A DNA stretch of 64,000 nucleotides from Geopsychrobacteraceae bacterium (GCA_963662315.1 OY759353.1:1472001-1536000); one strand, 5' to 3'. Positions 49,300-60,115 are shown, counted from the stretch's first letter. Notes: a model not told the origin generated them from the letters alone. A program made the numbers and translations.

Positions 49300-50676
49300 T
49301 TACATGAAGTCTTTCCGATCAAGTCCAAAACGCGACATTTTTTCATTCAGCGTTCGGCGTGGCAGGTCGAGCTCTTCCATAACCGCCTGGATATCCCCAT
49401 GGTGTCGATTCAGGGCCTGTTCCAGCAATAGCCGCTCGTGCTGGCGCAACTGGTCCTGCAAAGAGAGCGAATTGTTACCTGCTCCCTCTTTGAGAGGCTG
49501 CTGCAGAATTTCCCCCAGGCGCTGGTCCTGGGGCAGAGAGGAAAGCACGTAACGTTCAGCGATATTCTTCAGTTCGCGGATATTCCCCGGCCACTCATGT
49601 GACAGTAGCAGGCCAAGGTCCCGACTGTGCAAGACAACTTCAGGTCGGCGGTAATCCGTTGCCGCAAGCCCCGCAAAATAGTCAAACAGCAAGGGGATGT
49701 CCTCTTTGCGCTTGCGCAATGGCGGGACCCGTAATTCAACGACATTAATCCGGTAGTACAAATCTTCGCGAAAATTACCCGCAGCGCACTCAGCTAGCAG
49801 GTCATGATTGGCCGCGCAGATCAAACGCAAATCGAGCGGCTGCGTTTCATTGCTGCCAATCCGGGTTATTTCCCGTTCCTGCAGCGCGCGTAAAACCTTC
49901 ACCTGCAGAGCTAACGGCATGCTGCCTATTTCATCAAGAAACAACGAGCCGCCGTGGGCATATTCAAAGCGCCCGATGCGCCTCTGATCCGCCCCGGTAA
50001 ATGACCCTTTCTCGTGGCCGAACAGCTCTGATTCAAAAACCGTTTCGGGAATAGCGCCACAGTTGACCGCGACAAACCGCCCTTTACAGCGGGAGCCAAA
50101 CTCATGCAAACAGCGGGCGACAATTTCTTTACCGGTACCTGTTTCCCCCAAGATCAATACTGGGGCATCGGTTGCGGCGATATCCATGATTTCATCACGC
50201 AAACGCCTGATCGCGTCACTGTTACCAATCAATTTATGCTCGATATCCGTACCATTGCCAGCCAGTTTCTCTTTTAAGGCACGATTTTCCATCACCAGCT
50301 GGCGCTTTTCACTGGCCCGGTCGACGACCTCCAACAAGCGCTCCGGCTCGAACGGTTTTTCAATAAAATCGTACGCCCCGGCACGCATGGCACTGACCGC
50401 CAAATCAACTGCGCCGTGAGCAGTGATCAGGACAACAGGAATATCGGGGTCCAAAGCATTGATACTGGCCAGAAATTCCATGCCATCCATCCTCGGCATT
50501 CTGACATCGGTCACGACAACTCCGGTGAACCCCGGGGTCAGTGCCTCCAGGGCACTACGGGCATCAGCAAAGCTGAGCACCTTGTAATCGCACAATTCCA
50601 GCCATTGTGCTGTGGCCACACGCAAATCATTGTCATCATCAACCAGCAACAGAAGCTTTTCATTCGTGTATTTCAT
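49300..50676 (-). CDS. dctD: Sigma54-dependent C4-dicarboxylate-type response regulator DctD
   Basis: VVTDVRMPRMDG, GETGTGKE, GSFTGA, WPGNIRELKN, DctD-like tail LPRRTLNEKM; overlaps the DctB-like kinase. Confidence 0.82.
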   Translation of the reverse strand: MKYTNEKLLLLVDDDNDLRVATAQWLELCDYKVLSFADARSALEALTPGFTGVVVTDVRMPRMDGMEFLASINALDPDIPVVLITAHGAVDLAVSAMRAGAYDFIEKPFEPERLLEVVDRASEKRQLVMENRALKEKLAGNGTDIEHKLIGNSDAIRRLRDEIMDIAATDAPVLILGETGTGKEIVARCLHEFGSRCKGRFVAVNCGAIPETVFESELFGHEKGSFTGADQRRIGRFEYAHGGSLFLDEIGSMPLALQVKVLRALQEREITRIGSNETQPLDLRLICAANHDLLAECAAGNFREDLYYRINVVELRVPPLRKRKEDIPLLFDYFAGLAATDYRRPEVVLHSRDLGLLLSHEWPGNIRELKNIAERYVLSSLPQDQRLGEILQQPLKEGAGNNSLSLQDQLRQHERLLLEQALNRHHGDIQAVMEELDLPRRTLNEKMSRFGLDRKDFM

Positions 50677-52454
50677 AAGCCATTATCCTGCCCCGCCATA
50701 GGTAATCTCACTTGCATACAGGCTCCACCTTCCCCGGGATTGTGTGCCTTGATAGTTCCCCCCAGATCGGAAATGATCCGGTAGGTTATCGACAGCCCCA
50801 ACCCCAGTCCTTCCCCGACATCTTTAGTCGTTACAAAGGGGGTAAAAATATCGTCAATCACGTCAGCACCAATACCAGGACCATTATCTTTGACACTGAT
50901 AACCGCCTCACCGTTTTCGGTTGTCATAGCCACCATCACCTGTTTATGGTCCCGGCCACGCATCGCATCGACGGCATTGGTAACCAGGTTGACCAGAACC
51001 TGTTTAATCTTACTGCGCTCAGCATAAACAATCAGAGGCTCTGACAAACAATCCTTGTGCAGCGCAACCTCATGCTCTTTGAGCAATGGCTGCACCATAA
51101 TCACCACATCGTCAAGACAATCCTGTAAGCAGACTTTTTCTTTGAGCTTTGGTGATTTATGGGCGAATGATTTCAGCTGAGTGGTAATGGATGCCATATG
51201 CTCAGTGATTCTGGCAATCGCCTTCAATGTTTCAGCGGCCTTATCTGGCTGATCACGCTCAAGCAGTAAGCGGCAACTGGCCGCATGGGTACGAATTGCA
51301 GCTATCGGCTGATTCAGCTCATGGACAATACCCGCAGCCATATGTCCCAGAGCGGCCAGCTTGCCGGTTTGCACCAGTTCATTCTGGGCCTCCCGCAGCG
51401 CTTTTTCAGTCTTGACCCGCTCATCAATTTCAGCCTGCAGACGAATATTGACCTTACGCATGACTTCGGCTTCCTTGGCCTTGCGTCGTGACATCTTTTT
51501 CTGGCTGCGCTCCCGCAGGTACATACCGGTGGCAAGGAATAATAACGACAGGACAGTACCGATGATCAGCACCGATTTCTGCCGCTCTTCGGCCACTTCC
51601 AGGGGGAGCAGCTGATGAATATGCCAGCCCCGCTCTACAAGTTCACGAGAGAGCACCAGATAGTTCTTACGCCCCATGCGAACCAGTTGCTGCCCTTCAC
51701 CCAAAGTACGGATTTTGCTGAACGGTAGTAAAGACAGATCATGATTGCCATATTGCTTGGTTGCCAGGATACTCTCTATCTGATCAGCAGTAAGTGGTGT
51801 CATGGTGCGATAGCGCCAATCGTTACGGCTCGATAAAAACACCACGCCATTAATATCGGTAACCAGTACCGTCTCTCCCCCTTCATGCCAATCATCCTGC
51901 AAGGGCGCCAGATCCACCTTAACGACAACAGCTCCGGCAAAAACGTCTTCAATCGCAACCGGATAAGACATGAAGTACCCTGGCTGACCTGTCGTTGCGC
52001 CGATACCAAAGTACCAACCACGATGCCCCGCCTTGGCAGACAGGAAATAAGGGCGAAAACCATAATTCTGCCCTGTATACGTCAAGGGTTCACGCCAGTT
52101 ACTGGCCGCCAAAGTATTCCCATTGACATCCATTACGTATAACGCTTCAGAACCAGCCTCCAAATTGAGGGACTCGAGATAATAATTGGTCCCATCGATA
52201 GTACCATTTCCGGCCAGCAGTCCCCTGACCTCATTACTGCGAGACAGGACAAAAGGCAGGTATGCATAGCGACTGAGGGCGGCCCGCAGAGTCCGTATGT
52301 AAAGAGTGACCCGGTCACCACCCGTTTCAATCTGGTTTTCAACCGCGTCATTGTAAGTCCAACGCGCTGCGGACCAGACCAATACACTCACCAGCAGAAT
52401 ACCGATAACTGCGAGTCCAATTGTTTTGTTTAAAGGTCGCATACTTACCTTCAA
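50673..52454 (-). CDS. dctB: DctB-like sensor histidine kinase (periplasmic Cache domain)
   Basis: AASNW..YGFRPYF..IGATTGQPGYF DctB sensor signature, HELNQP H-box, GLGLGL; alternative start 52442. Confidence 0.85.
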   Translation of the reverse strand: MKVSMRPLNKTIGLAVIGILLVSVLVWSAARWTYNDAVENQIETGGDRVTLYIRTLRAALSRYAYLPFVLSRSNEVRGLLAGNGTIDGTNYYLESLNLEAGSEALYVMDVNGNTLAASNWREPLTYTGQNYGFRPYFLSAKAGHRGWYFGIGATTGQPGYFMSYPVAIEDVFAGAVVVKVDLAPLQDDWHEGGETVLVTDINGVVFLSSRNDWRYRTMTPLTADQIESILATKQYGNHDLSLLPFSKIRTLGEGQQLVRMGRKNYLVLSRELVERGWHIHQLLPLEVAEERQKSVLIIGTVLSLLFLATGMYLRERSQKKMSRRKAKEAEVMRKVNIRLQAEIDERVKTEKALREAQNELVQTGKLAALGHMAAGIVHELNQPIAAIRTHAASCRLLLERDQPDKAAETLKAIARITEHMASITTQLKSFAHKSPKLKEKVCLQDCLDDVVIMVQPLLKEHEVALHKDCLSEPLIVYAERSKIKQVLVNLVTNAVDAMRGRDHKQVMVAMTTENGEAVISVKDNGPGIGADVIDDIFTPFVTTKDVGEGLGLGLSITYRIISDLGGTIKAHNPGEGGACMQVRLPMAGQDNGL

Positions 52455-52457
52455 AAT

Positions 52458-53681
52458 TCAGTATAAACAGTCATAATCTGGAACTCTGGACGATTTTACA
52501 CTAATCACAAATTTTAGATAACGCCCTTCCGGAAATGTGACAACACAAGGAAAATCTTCCGGTTGGCCACAAACATAGATGGTTTTCAGCTCACTGCCAC
52601 ACGCCAAGGCTCCTTTGCGCAACTCCTTGAGGTAATCTTCGCTGGTCACTTTCTGATGATTTGATGAACTGATCAGTAACCCGCCCGGTTTCAGCAGGGG
52701 AAGCGTTGCGGTCACAAGTTTTGCCGTCCCCCCCTGGGTGGAAAAACGACTTTTCTTGGTTGTTGAAAATGATGGAGGATCGAACAGAATGACATCGTAA
52801 AATTGTTTCATATTCGCCATACGGGTTAATTCGGCAAAGACATCCCCGACGACAAAATCGTGCTGGCGTGGGTCAATGTTATTCAGCTCGAAATTTTCCC
52901 GGGCCACATCAAGATACTTTTTCGAGACATCAACGCTGGTAACGCGTAAGGCTCCGGTACTGGCAGCAGCAACGGAAAACGCCCCGGTAAAGGCGAACAG
53001 ATTCAAAAAAGTCTTCCCCTTCACACGCTCCATGACTTCTTTGCGATTACGCCTTTGATCAGGGAAAATTCCCGTATTGAGCCCTTCACGCAAATCAACC
53101 AGGTAGTTCAGCCCGTTTTCTCTGACGATCATCGGCACCGGGGCTTTATCCCCATAAATCACCTGGCTATAATCTTTATTCCGACTTTTTGCTTCAAGCG
53201 CGCGGGTTTCCTGGGGACGCAACTTGCGGTAAATACCACGCGGCTGAAAAACCTTTCCCAAGGCATCTTTAATGGCTTCCAGATAATTATCCCAGGCGGC
53301 GGTGTAAAGTTGGAGCATCAGGTAATCTCCATAGCGATCAACCGTCAATCCGGGCAAGCCATCACCTTCCCCATTAACCAGCCGGTAAACGTTCGAGTCC
53401 CCCAGCAATGCATGAGCACGTAGGCACCGAGCCTCGGAAAACCTTTCCTCCAGCCATTGACTCATGGATTTGATGGTGCCACGGCTCAATACCCTGGCGA
53501 CAATGCGGTCATCCGGATCATACAGCGCCGTGGCAAGATGCTGTTTGCGCTCATCGACCAACGCGATCAGATCTCCTGCTGCCCCCCCTGTCCACACTTT
53601 TGTATAGCGGTCGGCAATCACCCAGGGATGACCAAGCTGCAACATGCGAACGGTTTCAGGGCCGACCTGAAAATTTTTCAT
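52458..53681 (-). CDS. RlmI/RlmK-family SAM-dependent rRNA methyltransferase
   Basis: GHPW PUA-like start, RLVNGEGDGLPGLTVD, TGIFPDQR, LNLFAFTGAFS, DPPSF. Confidence 0.88.
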   Translation of the reverse strand: MKNFQVGPETVRMLQLGHPWVIADRYTKVWTGGAAGDLIALVDERKQHLATALYDPDDRIVARVLSRGTIKSMSQWLEERFSEARCLRAHALLGDSNVYRLVNGEGDGLPGLTVDRYGDYLMLQLYTAAWDNYLEAIKDALGKVFQPRGIYRKLRPQETRALEAKSRNKDYSQVIYGDKAPVPMIVRENGLNYLVDLREGLNTGIFPDQRRNRKEVMERVKGKTFLNLFAFTGAFSVAAASTGALRVTSVDVSKKYLDVARENFELNNIDPRQHDFVVGDVFAELTRMANMKQFYDVILFDPPSFSTTKKSRFSTQGGTAKLVTATLPLLKPGGLLISSSNHQKVTSEDYLKELRKGALACGSELKTIYVCGQPEDFPCVVTFPEGRYLKFVISVKSSRVPDYDCLY

Positions 53682-53902
53682 GAAAACTCCTTACTCAAAA
53701 ACCATTGAAAAGATCAAAAAAAAAGATCATATAGGCACAGCAAAACAATCAGACACGTTTATCCTGAATGTTCTCTGATGTTTTTTTTCTGTGCCCCTTG
53801 ACAAGGAGGGGCTCAGAAAAAAATACTGTAAAGGTAAAATTTTGCCAAAACATTTATTTTTAAATGTATAATAACCTGAAGAAACTCTTGAGGTGCTAGA
53901 GA

Positions 53903-54697
53903 ATGGATAATAAGTTTAAAAATCAGGTCCGCGAACAATTTGGCAAAACGGCAGCAGCATATGTCGAAGCCACTCATTTTGCTGGAGGCAAAGATCTGGA
54001 AGAAGCCGCCAGGTTACTAAAACCGACGGCAGAAGACAATATGCTCGATGTTGCATGTGCCGGCGGACATATGGCTCTGTTCTTTGCACCCATGGTTCGC
54101 CAGGTGGTTGCTTCGGACCTGACTATGCAGATGCTGAAAAAGGCGCAGGAGCATATTGCGGAAGAAGGTAGTGTTGACAATGTTATCTTTCGTGAAGCGG
54201 ATGCCGAAGACCTCCCCTTCCCGGCTGGCTCATTTACTCTGCTGACCTGCCGGATCGCATCACATCATTTCCCTGATGTCCCCCGTGCCCTGCGTGAATT
54301 TCACCGGGTGTTAAGACGCGGTGGGCGCATGGCAATTATTGACACACTGCTCCCGGCGGATCCTGAAATCGCCGAGTTTTTCCAGACCATGGAAAAAATG
54401 CGTAACCCGACACATATCAAAGCCTTCAGTGAGCAGGAATGGCGCCAGATGGTTGAAGATGCGGAATTGATTCTGCAGGAGATCCAGGTAATCCCCAAAA
54501 CTCATGATTTTCAGGAATGGGTCAAAACCGCTGGCCTCAACCGTACCAAAGCCCAGGCACTGAATAAATTTTTCATGGACGCTTCCCCCAAAATCCATGA
54601 TTTCTTCAAAATCGAATCGTTTGCCGGGGAAGTCGAAAGCTATACGGATCAGAAATTGTTGATCTACGCGACCCGCAAAGAAAAAGAAAAGAAATAG
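53903..54697 (+). CDS. Class I SAM-dependent methyltransferase
   Basis: LDVACAGGH, DAEDLPF, HHFPD, RVLRRGG. Confidence 0.9.
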   Translation: MDNKFKNQVREQFGKTAAAYVEATHFAGGKDLEEAARLLKPTAEDNMLDVACAGGHMALFFAPMVRQVVASDLTMQMLKKAQEHIAEEGSVDNVIFREADAEDLPFPAGSFTLLTCRIASHHFPDVPRALREFHRVLRRGGRMAIIDTLLPADPEIAEFFQTMEKMRNPTHIKAFSEQEWRQMVEDAELILQEIQVIPKTHDFQEWVKTAGLNRTKAQALNKFFMDASPKIHDFFKIESFAGEVESYTDQKLLIYATRKEKEKK

Positions 54698-54705
54698 ATG
54701 ATCAG

Positions 54706-54731
54706 GGCAGAGAGACCACTCTGCCTTTTTT
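54706..54731 (+). terminator. Rho-independent terminator
   Basis: GGCAGAG-AGACCA-CTCTGCC-TTTTTT. Confidence 0.7.
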
Positions 54732-54749
54732 GTATGATCGAGCTGAGTC

Positions 54750-55508
54750 ATGTGCCTGATTCTCTTCGCTTATCACTATCATCCCCGTTATCCACTTATT
54801 GTCGCGGCCAACCGTGATGAATATTACCGGAGACCTACTCAGTCCTGTCATTGGTGGCAAGAACGTTCAAATCTACTAGCCGGAAAAGATCTGATGGCCG
54901 AGGGCACCTGGATGGGCATAACACGTCAGGGGCGGTTTGCTGCGATTACCAATGTCAGAGACACTCGGCAGCGGAGCAGCCCAAAGTATTCACGGGGTAA
55001 ACTACCACTAAGCTACTTGACAGAATCAATTGGCCCGCAGCAGTTCTATTCACAGCTCATCACGTCTGCAACAGATTATCAGGGGTATAACCTGCTGTTT
55101 GGATCAGCTGACGAGCTTTGCTATTTTTCTAATCGCAGCGCTCATCTGTCGCCCATCGAACCTGGTTTGCATGGTTTAAGCAATGCAAGCCTGAACACAC
55201 CATGGCCAAAAATCACAACAGGCCTGGCTAAACTGCAGCAGATCCTCACAACAGAAGAACCCGATGTAAACGCTATTTTCAGACTGCTGGAAACACGTAT
55301 TATCGCAAACGATTCCGAACTGCCCGATACAGGAGTAGGCATCGAACGCGAGCGCCTGCTGGCCCCAGTTTTCATTGAAAGCGCCGATTACGGCACACGC
55401 AGTTCCCAAATTCTACTGATAGACAAAAACAAAAACGTGCGGCTGTATGAAAAAGAAAGGGCCCCGATTAAGGGCCCCGTTAAGAGTTTCAATTTTCACA
55501 TAAGCTAA
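54750..55508 (+). CDS. NRDE/TANGO2-family protein
   Basis: MCL start, ANRDEY, GTW.G, SRG, HGLSN, YGTRS. Confidence 0.92.
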   Translation: MCLILFAYHYHPRYPLIVAANRDEYYRRPTQSCHWWQERSNLLAGKDLMAEGTWMGITRQGRFAAITNVRDTRQRSSPKYSRGKLPLSYLTESIGPQQFYSQLITSATDYQGYNLLFGSADELCYFSNRSAHLSPIEPGLHGLSNASLNTPWPKITTGLAKLQQILTTEEPDVNAIFRLLETRIIANDSELPDTGVGIERERLLAPVFIESADYGTRSSQILLIDKNKNVRLYEKERAPIKGPVKSFNFHIS

Positions 55509-55515
55509 GAAGTCA

Positions 55516-56202
55516 CTATTGACCGGCTCCCGCTTCAGGTACAACAAAAACCTCCACGCGCCGATTACGCGCCCGCCCCGCAGCGCTATCGTTGCTGGCC
55601 AGGGGTTCCAGTTCTCCGTGCCCTTCGGTTCCCAGACGCGTCCGTGCAACGCCGTGTCTTATCAAATAATCAGCAACCGCATTTGCCCGCCGCAGTGACA
55701 GGTCCAGGTTATACCGCTCAGAGCCGATACTGTCGGTATGCCCGACAATAAGGATCTGGGTTTGTGGGTAACGAACCATGATGTCAGCAATCTTGTTAAG
55801 GGACGAATAGAAGGTCGATTTCAACGCCGCAGAATTAAAATCAAAAGAGACTTCACTGCTCATAGTCAGCTTGAGGATTTCGTTCTGTTGCCGCTCAATC
55901 TCGATCTGATGCTGTCGCTGTTCAGCCGCCAGCTGCCGTTCAAATTCAGCCTGCTGCTTGTCCATGTAAACTCCAGCGCCAGCCCCCAAGGCGCCACCTG
56001 CTGCGCCACCAATTAAGGCACCGCGCAATGCACCACCGGAGTGATCGTTGTGATAACCAATCAGGGCACCGGACAACGCCCCGACAATAGCACCAATTCC
56101 TGCACCTTTTTGAGTGTTTCCATAACCTGTATTGGCCGCACATGCTGTAAGGGTAAAAACAAGCAAACCTGCAAAAAAAATATTTCTTGTCATACATTTC
56201 AT
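55516..56202 (-). CDS. OmpA-family lipoprotein with glycine zipper (YiaD-like)
   Basis: Lipobox LTAC, Gly-zipper, GHTDS, LSLRRANAV, NRRVE; ATG 56202 with AAGGAG. Confidence 0.92.
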   Translation of the reverse strand: MKCMTRNIFFAGLLVFTLTACAANTGYGNTQKGAGIGAIVGALSGALIGYHNDHSGGALRGALIGGAAGGALGAGAGVYMDKQQAEFERQLAAEQRQHQIEIERQQNEILKLTMSSEVSFDFNSAALKSTFYSSLNKIADIMVRYPQTQILIVGHTDSIGSERYNLDLSLRRANAVADYLIRHGVARTRLGTEGHGELEPLASNDSAAGRARNRRVEVFVVPEAGAGQ

Positions 56203-56282
56203 TTTACTTCTCCTTCTTAAGGTCCAAATTTTCGTCAGCAAAGAAAGTAAAACGATCTGTGGCGAAATGCAATAATCCGTAC

Positions 56283-56309
56283 AAAAAAAGGGAGCCATAA
56301 AGGCTCCCT
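56283..56309 (-). terminator. Rho-independent terminator after gltA
   Basis: AGGGAGCC-loop-GGCTCCCT followed by a T-run on the minus strand. Confidence 0.7.
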
Positions 56310-56343
56310 GGAAAATCGAATATGATAATCGAAAAACAGTGAT

Positions 56344-57657
56344 CTATTTGATGCCGGCGGCATCTTCCAGCATTGACGTTGTAACAGATTTCGGCCGTTC
56401 GATACCGTAACCAAGGGCCCGGTCCCAGGTAATGTTGGCAAGGCAACCAAGAGCCCGGCCGATACCAAACAGAACCGTATAAAACTCGTATTGGGTAACA
56501 CCATAGTACCACTGGATAACCCCAGACTGAGCATCAACGTTAGGCCAAGGGTTCTTCGCCTTACCATGTTCCTGCAGAACGCCAGGGGCTACATCGAATA
56601 TCATGCTGACCAGTTTAAACAGCGGGTAGTCTTTGAGGCCCGGAGTTTTAAGACAGAACTCACGCTGAGAGGTGTAGCGCGGATCGGTCTTACGCAGCAC
56701 AGCATGCCCGTATCCCGGCAGAACCTGACCGCTGTTCAGAGTTGCCCACAGAGCTTCCCTAAGCTTCTCTTCAGTTGGAACTTCACCACCAAGACGCATC
56801 ATGAAATTCTGTGTCCAGCGCAGCACTTCCTCATTGGCAAGACCGTGGAGAGGGCCAGCCAGACCGTTGATACCGGCACTGTAAGAATAATAGGCGTCAG
56901 AAAGAGCCGACGCAACCAGATGCGTTGCATGGGCGGAAACGTTACCGGACTCATGATCAGAGTGAATGATAAAATACATGCGGGCAACGTCATCATATGG
57001 GGCATCAATCCCCATCATACGGGCAAAGTTGCCACCTAAGTCCAGATCAGGATCCGGCGCGATATGGGTATCTCCCTTGTACTTCATGCGATAAATATAG
57101 GCCCCCACGGCGGGCAGCTTGGCCATCAGGTTATTGGCATCCTCATACATATCTTCCCAGCAGGTCATCTTATTGAACTTACCGGACGAATAGGTTGCGC
57201 CAAAGACCGAGTCGCGCTGCATGGCCAGAATAGCAGAAGAGAACATGGCCATAGGGTGAGAATCGCGCGGCATCGCTCTGAGGACATCAACAACATATTC
57301 CGGCAGCTGGGAACGTTTTTTCCAGTCGGCAACAACTTCAAGGGTCTGTTCCATAGTCGGCACATCACCAGTCAGAAGCATCCACCAGAAACCTTCAACA
57401 TAAGGATATTCGCTTCCAGGAACTTTTGGCAGTGCAGCAAATGTTTCTGGAATGGTCAAACCACGGAAACGGATGCCTTCCATCGGATCAAGGTAAGAGA
57501 TGTCGGTAACCAGACACTTTATGCCACGTGCGCCACCAATCGCCTGACCGATAGTCACATCTCCAAGACTTACATCTGCATACTCTTTCATTAACCTGGC
57601 AGTACGGGGACGATGCTCAGCAATCTTCTTTCTTAAGACGTCTTTCAATGTGGACAT
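56344..57657 (-). CDS. gltA: Citrate synthase (eukaryote-like type)
   Basis: IHSDHESGNVSAH, GLAGPLHGLAN, PGYGHAVLRKTDPRY, WPNVDA, ERPKS; ATG 57657 with AAGGAG. Confidence 0.96.
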   Translation of the reverse strand: MSTLKDVLRKKIAEHRPRTARLMKEYADVSLGDVTIGQAIGGARGIKCLVTDISYLDPMEGIRFRGLTIPETFAALPKVPGSEYPYVEGFWWMLLTGDVPTMEQTLEVVADWKKRSQLPEYVVDVLRAMPRDSHPMAMFSSAILAMQRDSVFGATYSSGKFNKMTCWEDMYEDANNLMAKLPAVGAYIYRMKYKGDTHIAPDPDLDLGGNFARMMGIDAPYDDVARMYFIIHSDHESGNVSAHATHLVASALSDAYYSYSAGINGLAGPLHGLANEEVLRWTQNFMMRLGGEVPTEEKLREALWATLNSGQVLPGYGHAVLRKTDPRYTSQREFCLKTPGLKDYPLFKLVSMIFDVAPGVLQEHGKAKNPWPNVDAQSGVIQWYYGVTQYEFYTVLFGIGRALGCLANITWDRALGYGIERPKSVTTSMLEDAAGIK

Positions 57658-58025
57658 ATGCTCTCTCCTTTTAATAAGGGGTTGAAACCGTCGCAAGGTT
57701 CCAAAAGTCACAGATAAATTCTACATTACAATGACAAAATAGCAGCTTCATTCATTCCGAAAATTTCAAACATGCCCGCCCGAACAGTTTTTTATTTTTA
57801 CCAGAAAAGAAATCGTGCGACCGCTAAAAAAGATCAATTATACAGCCAACAAACCTTCCATCTCTTTATTTTCCAAATATCGTTCTATCAGTACGGTGAA
57901 AAATTGTCAAGATCAATCAACACAAAGTATTCAAATATAGTAAATACCATAAAGCGCATAGAGGTCAAGAGGCCCCCAATTTTTACTTGCCCTTCCTGCA
58001 GATACTGGTAGAATGCCTAATTCTT

Positions 58026-59009
58026 ATGCAAACCAAAAATCAAAACATACATTCTTTGCTCCTCAGCTCACCTGTGATCATCGCCCCTATGGCCGGCATC
58101 ACCAACCTGCCCTATCGCAGAATCATGAAGTCATTCGGAGCCGGACTCGTCTTTTCTGAAATGGTCAGCGCCAACGGCCTGATCAGAGATGGAAAAAAAA
58201 CCAAAGAACTGCTCCTTTCGCACCCAGATGAAGCCCCTCTTGGCATCCAGCTGTTCGGAGACGACCCCAAAGTACTGGCCCAGGCAGCAAGCATGATGGT
58301 TGAAGAAGGAGCCCTGCTCGACATCAACATGGGCTGCCCGGTTAAAAAAGTGATCCGTAGCGGCGCAGGCAGCGCACTGCTCAAGACACCACAGCTCATC
58401 GCCAGAATCTGCTCAGCAGTGCGCAAAGCCTATCCGGGGCCATTAACCATCAAGATCCGTTCAGGCTGGGACGATTTATCCCTGAACTACCTGAAAGTCG
58501 GACATATTGCCCAAGAAGAAGGAATTGATGCCATCACCCTGCACCCCAGAACCAGATCTCAGGGCTTTTCTGGACAGGCCAATTGGCAACATATCGCAGA
58601 GCTTAAAAATTCAATAAATATACCAGTGTTTGGAAGTGGCGACATTACCACTCCAAAAGATGCCATAAAAATGCTCTCGGAAACCCATTGTGACGCTGTC
58701 ATGATCGGTCGGGGCGGATATGGGAACCCCTGGTTGATTGCCAATATAAATGAATTATTAAACGACCAGCCCCTCAGCGTTCCGACCATCGCTGATAGAT
58801 TGGCAACAGCACTTAACCATATCCACATGTATGAAGATCTTTTTGGAGAAAAGAAGACTATTCTGGATATGCGCAAGCATCTTTGCTGGTACGCGCGGGG
58901 CTTACAGGGGGCTAGCCATTATCGCGTTGCCCTGCAGAAAACTGACAGCCTTGAGCAGACCATCACCCTGACAACCACTTTTTTCAGCCAGGCGAGCACG
59001 GAAGAATGA
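58026..59009 (+). CDS. dusB: tRNA-dihydrouridine synthase B (NifR3)
   Basis: APMAGIT, SEMVS, DINMGCP, KIRSGWD, HPRT, MIGRG; classic position before ntrBC. Confidence 0.93.
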   Translation: MQTKNQNIHSLLLSSPVIIAPMAGITNLPYRRIMKSFGAGLVFSEMVSANGLIRDGKKTKELLLSHPDEAPLGIQLFGDDPKVLAQAASMMVEEGALLDINMGCPVKKVIRSGAGSALLKTPQLIARICSAVRKAYPGPLTIKIRSGWDDLSLNYLKVGHIAQEEGIDAITLHPRTRSQGFSGQANWQHIAELKNSINIPVFGSGDITTPKDAIKMLSETHCDAVMIGRGGYGNPWLIANINELLNDQPLSVPTIADRLATALNHIHMYEDLFGEKKTILDMRKHLCWYARGLQGASHYRVALQKTDSLEQTITLTTTFFSQASTEE

Positions 59010-60115
59010 TTAAGTCCAAAAAACTAACCCCAACCGAATACGCCATGATCCTGGAAAATATCGACGATGCCGTTATCGGAGTAGATCAGCAGGGAAACAT
59101 CAACCTGATCAATCCTTCGGCTCAGAGCTTTACGGGTCGCTCTGAAAAAAGCAGCCTGGGAAAATCCTTTTTTGACTGCTTTGACTGGCAAGAGACCTTA
59201 TGCTACATGACGCGCAAGGTCCTGGATGAAGGACGCTCCATTTCCGATCACGAAACGGTCAGCCTCAGGCCTAGCGGTTCCAGAAGAGCACGTCCCGTCA
59301 GCGTGACCGCCTCCCCCATATTTTCAACCCAAGGTCCACAACAAGGTGCTGTTATTATTCTTCACGACCTGACCCAGGTCCGCTCCCTGGAAGAAGCGGT
59401 ACGCCATGCTGACCGCCTGACCATGGTCGGAACCATGGCTGCCGGACTCGCCCATGAAATTAAAAACCCCCTCGGAGGCATCAAAGGTTCCGCCCAACTA
59501 CTGCAGATGGAATTGGGCAACAACAGTGAGCTGCAGGAATACACTCGTCTGATTATCCGCGAGGCGGAACGTGTAAACCGTATTATTGAAGAGTTGCTGG
59601 ATCTGGCTCATCCACGCAAAGCCTGTTTTCAAACGGTTAACATCAATCAACTTCTCGACGAAATAATCAGCCTGCAAAAAAACTCGGTCAATTCCCGTGG
59701 TATCAATTTTCGCTGGCAACTCGACCCAAGCCTGCCTGAAATTCCTGGCGATCCGGACCTGTTGACCAGACTGTTTTTAAACCTGATCAAAAACGCCTGT
59801 GAGGCAACAGCAGATAATACAGAGATTTTTCTTGAAAGCCGCATCGATGCTGAATATCATCTATCTTTACCCGGCACAAGACCAACACCAATGGTTCTTA
59901 TCAGCATAAGAGATCAGGGCCCTGGCATCAGCCAGGAAGAGATTGAGCAGATTTTTACTCCCTTTTACACGACCAAAACCGGAGGGAATGGACTCGGTCT
60001 GCCAATCTGCCAAAAAATTGTTTCCAACCATGGAGGATTGTTACATTTTGAAGAAGGGGCCGAAGGAGGGACCTGCGTCCAGGTGTCCCTGCCCTTGTTC
60101 AACAATCGTCTGTAA
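59006..60115 (+). CDS. ntrB: NtrB-like PAS histidine kinase
   Basis: PAS, AHEIKNPLGGIKGSAQLL, NLIKNA, GNGLGL; ATGA overlap with dusB. Confidence 0.88.
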   Translation: MIKSKKLTPTEYAMILENIDDAVIGVDQQGNINLINPSAQSFTGRSEKSSLGKSFFDCFDWQETLCYMTRKVLDEGRSISDHETVSLRPSGSRRARPVSVTASPIFSTQGPQQGAVIILHDLTQVRSLEEAVRHADRLTMVGTMAAGLAHEIKNPLGGIKGSAQLLQMELGNNSELQEYTRLIIREAERVNRIIEELLDLAHPRKACFQTVNINQLLDEIISLQKNSVNSRGINFRWQLDPSLPEIPGDPDLLTRLFLNLIKNACEATADNTEIFLESRIDAEYHLSLPGTRPTPMVLISIRDQGPGISQEEIEQIFTPFYTTKTGGNGLGLPICQKIVSNHGGLLHFEEGAEGGTCVQVSLPLFNNRL

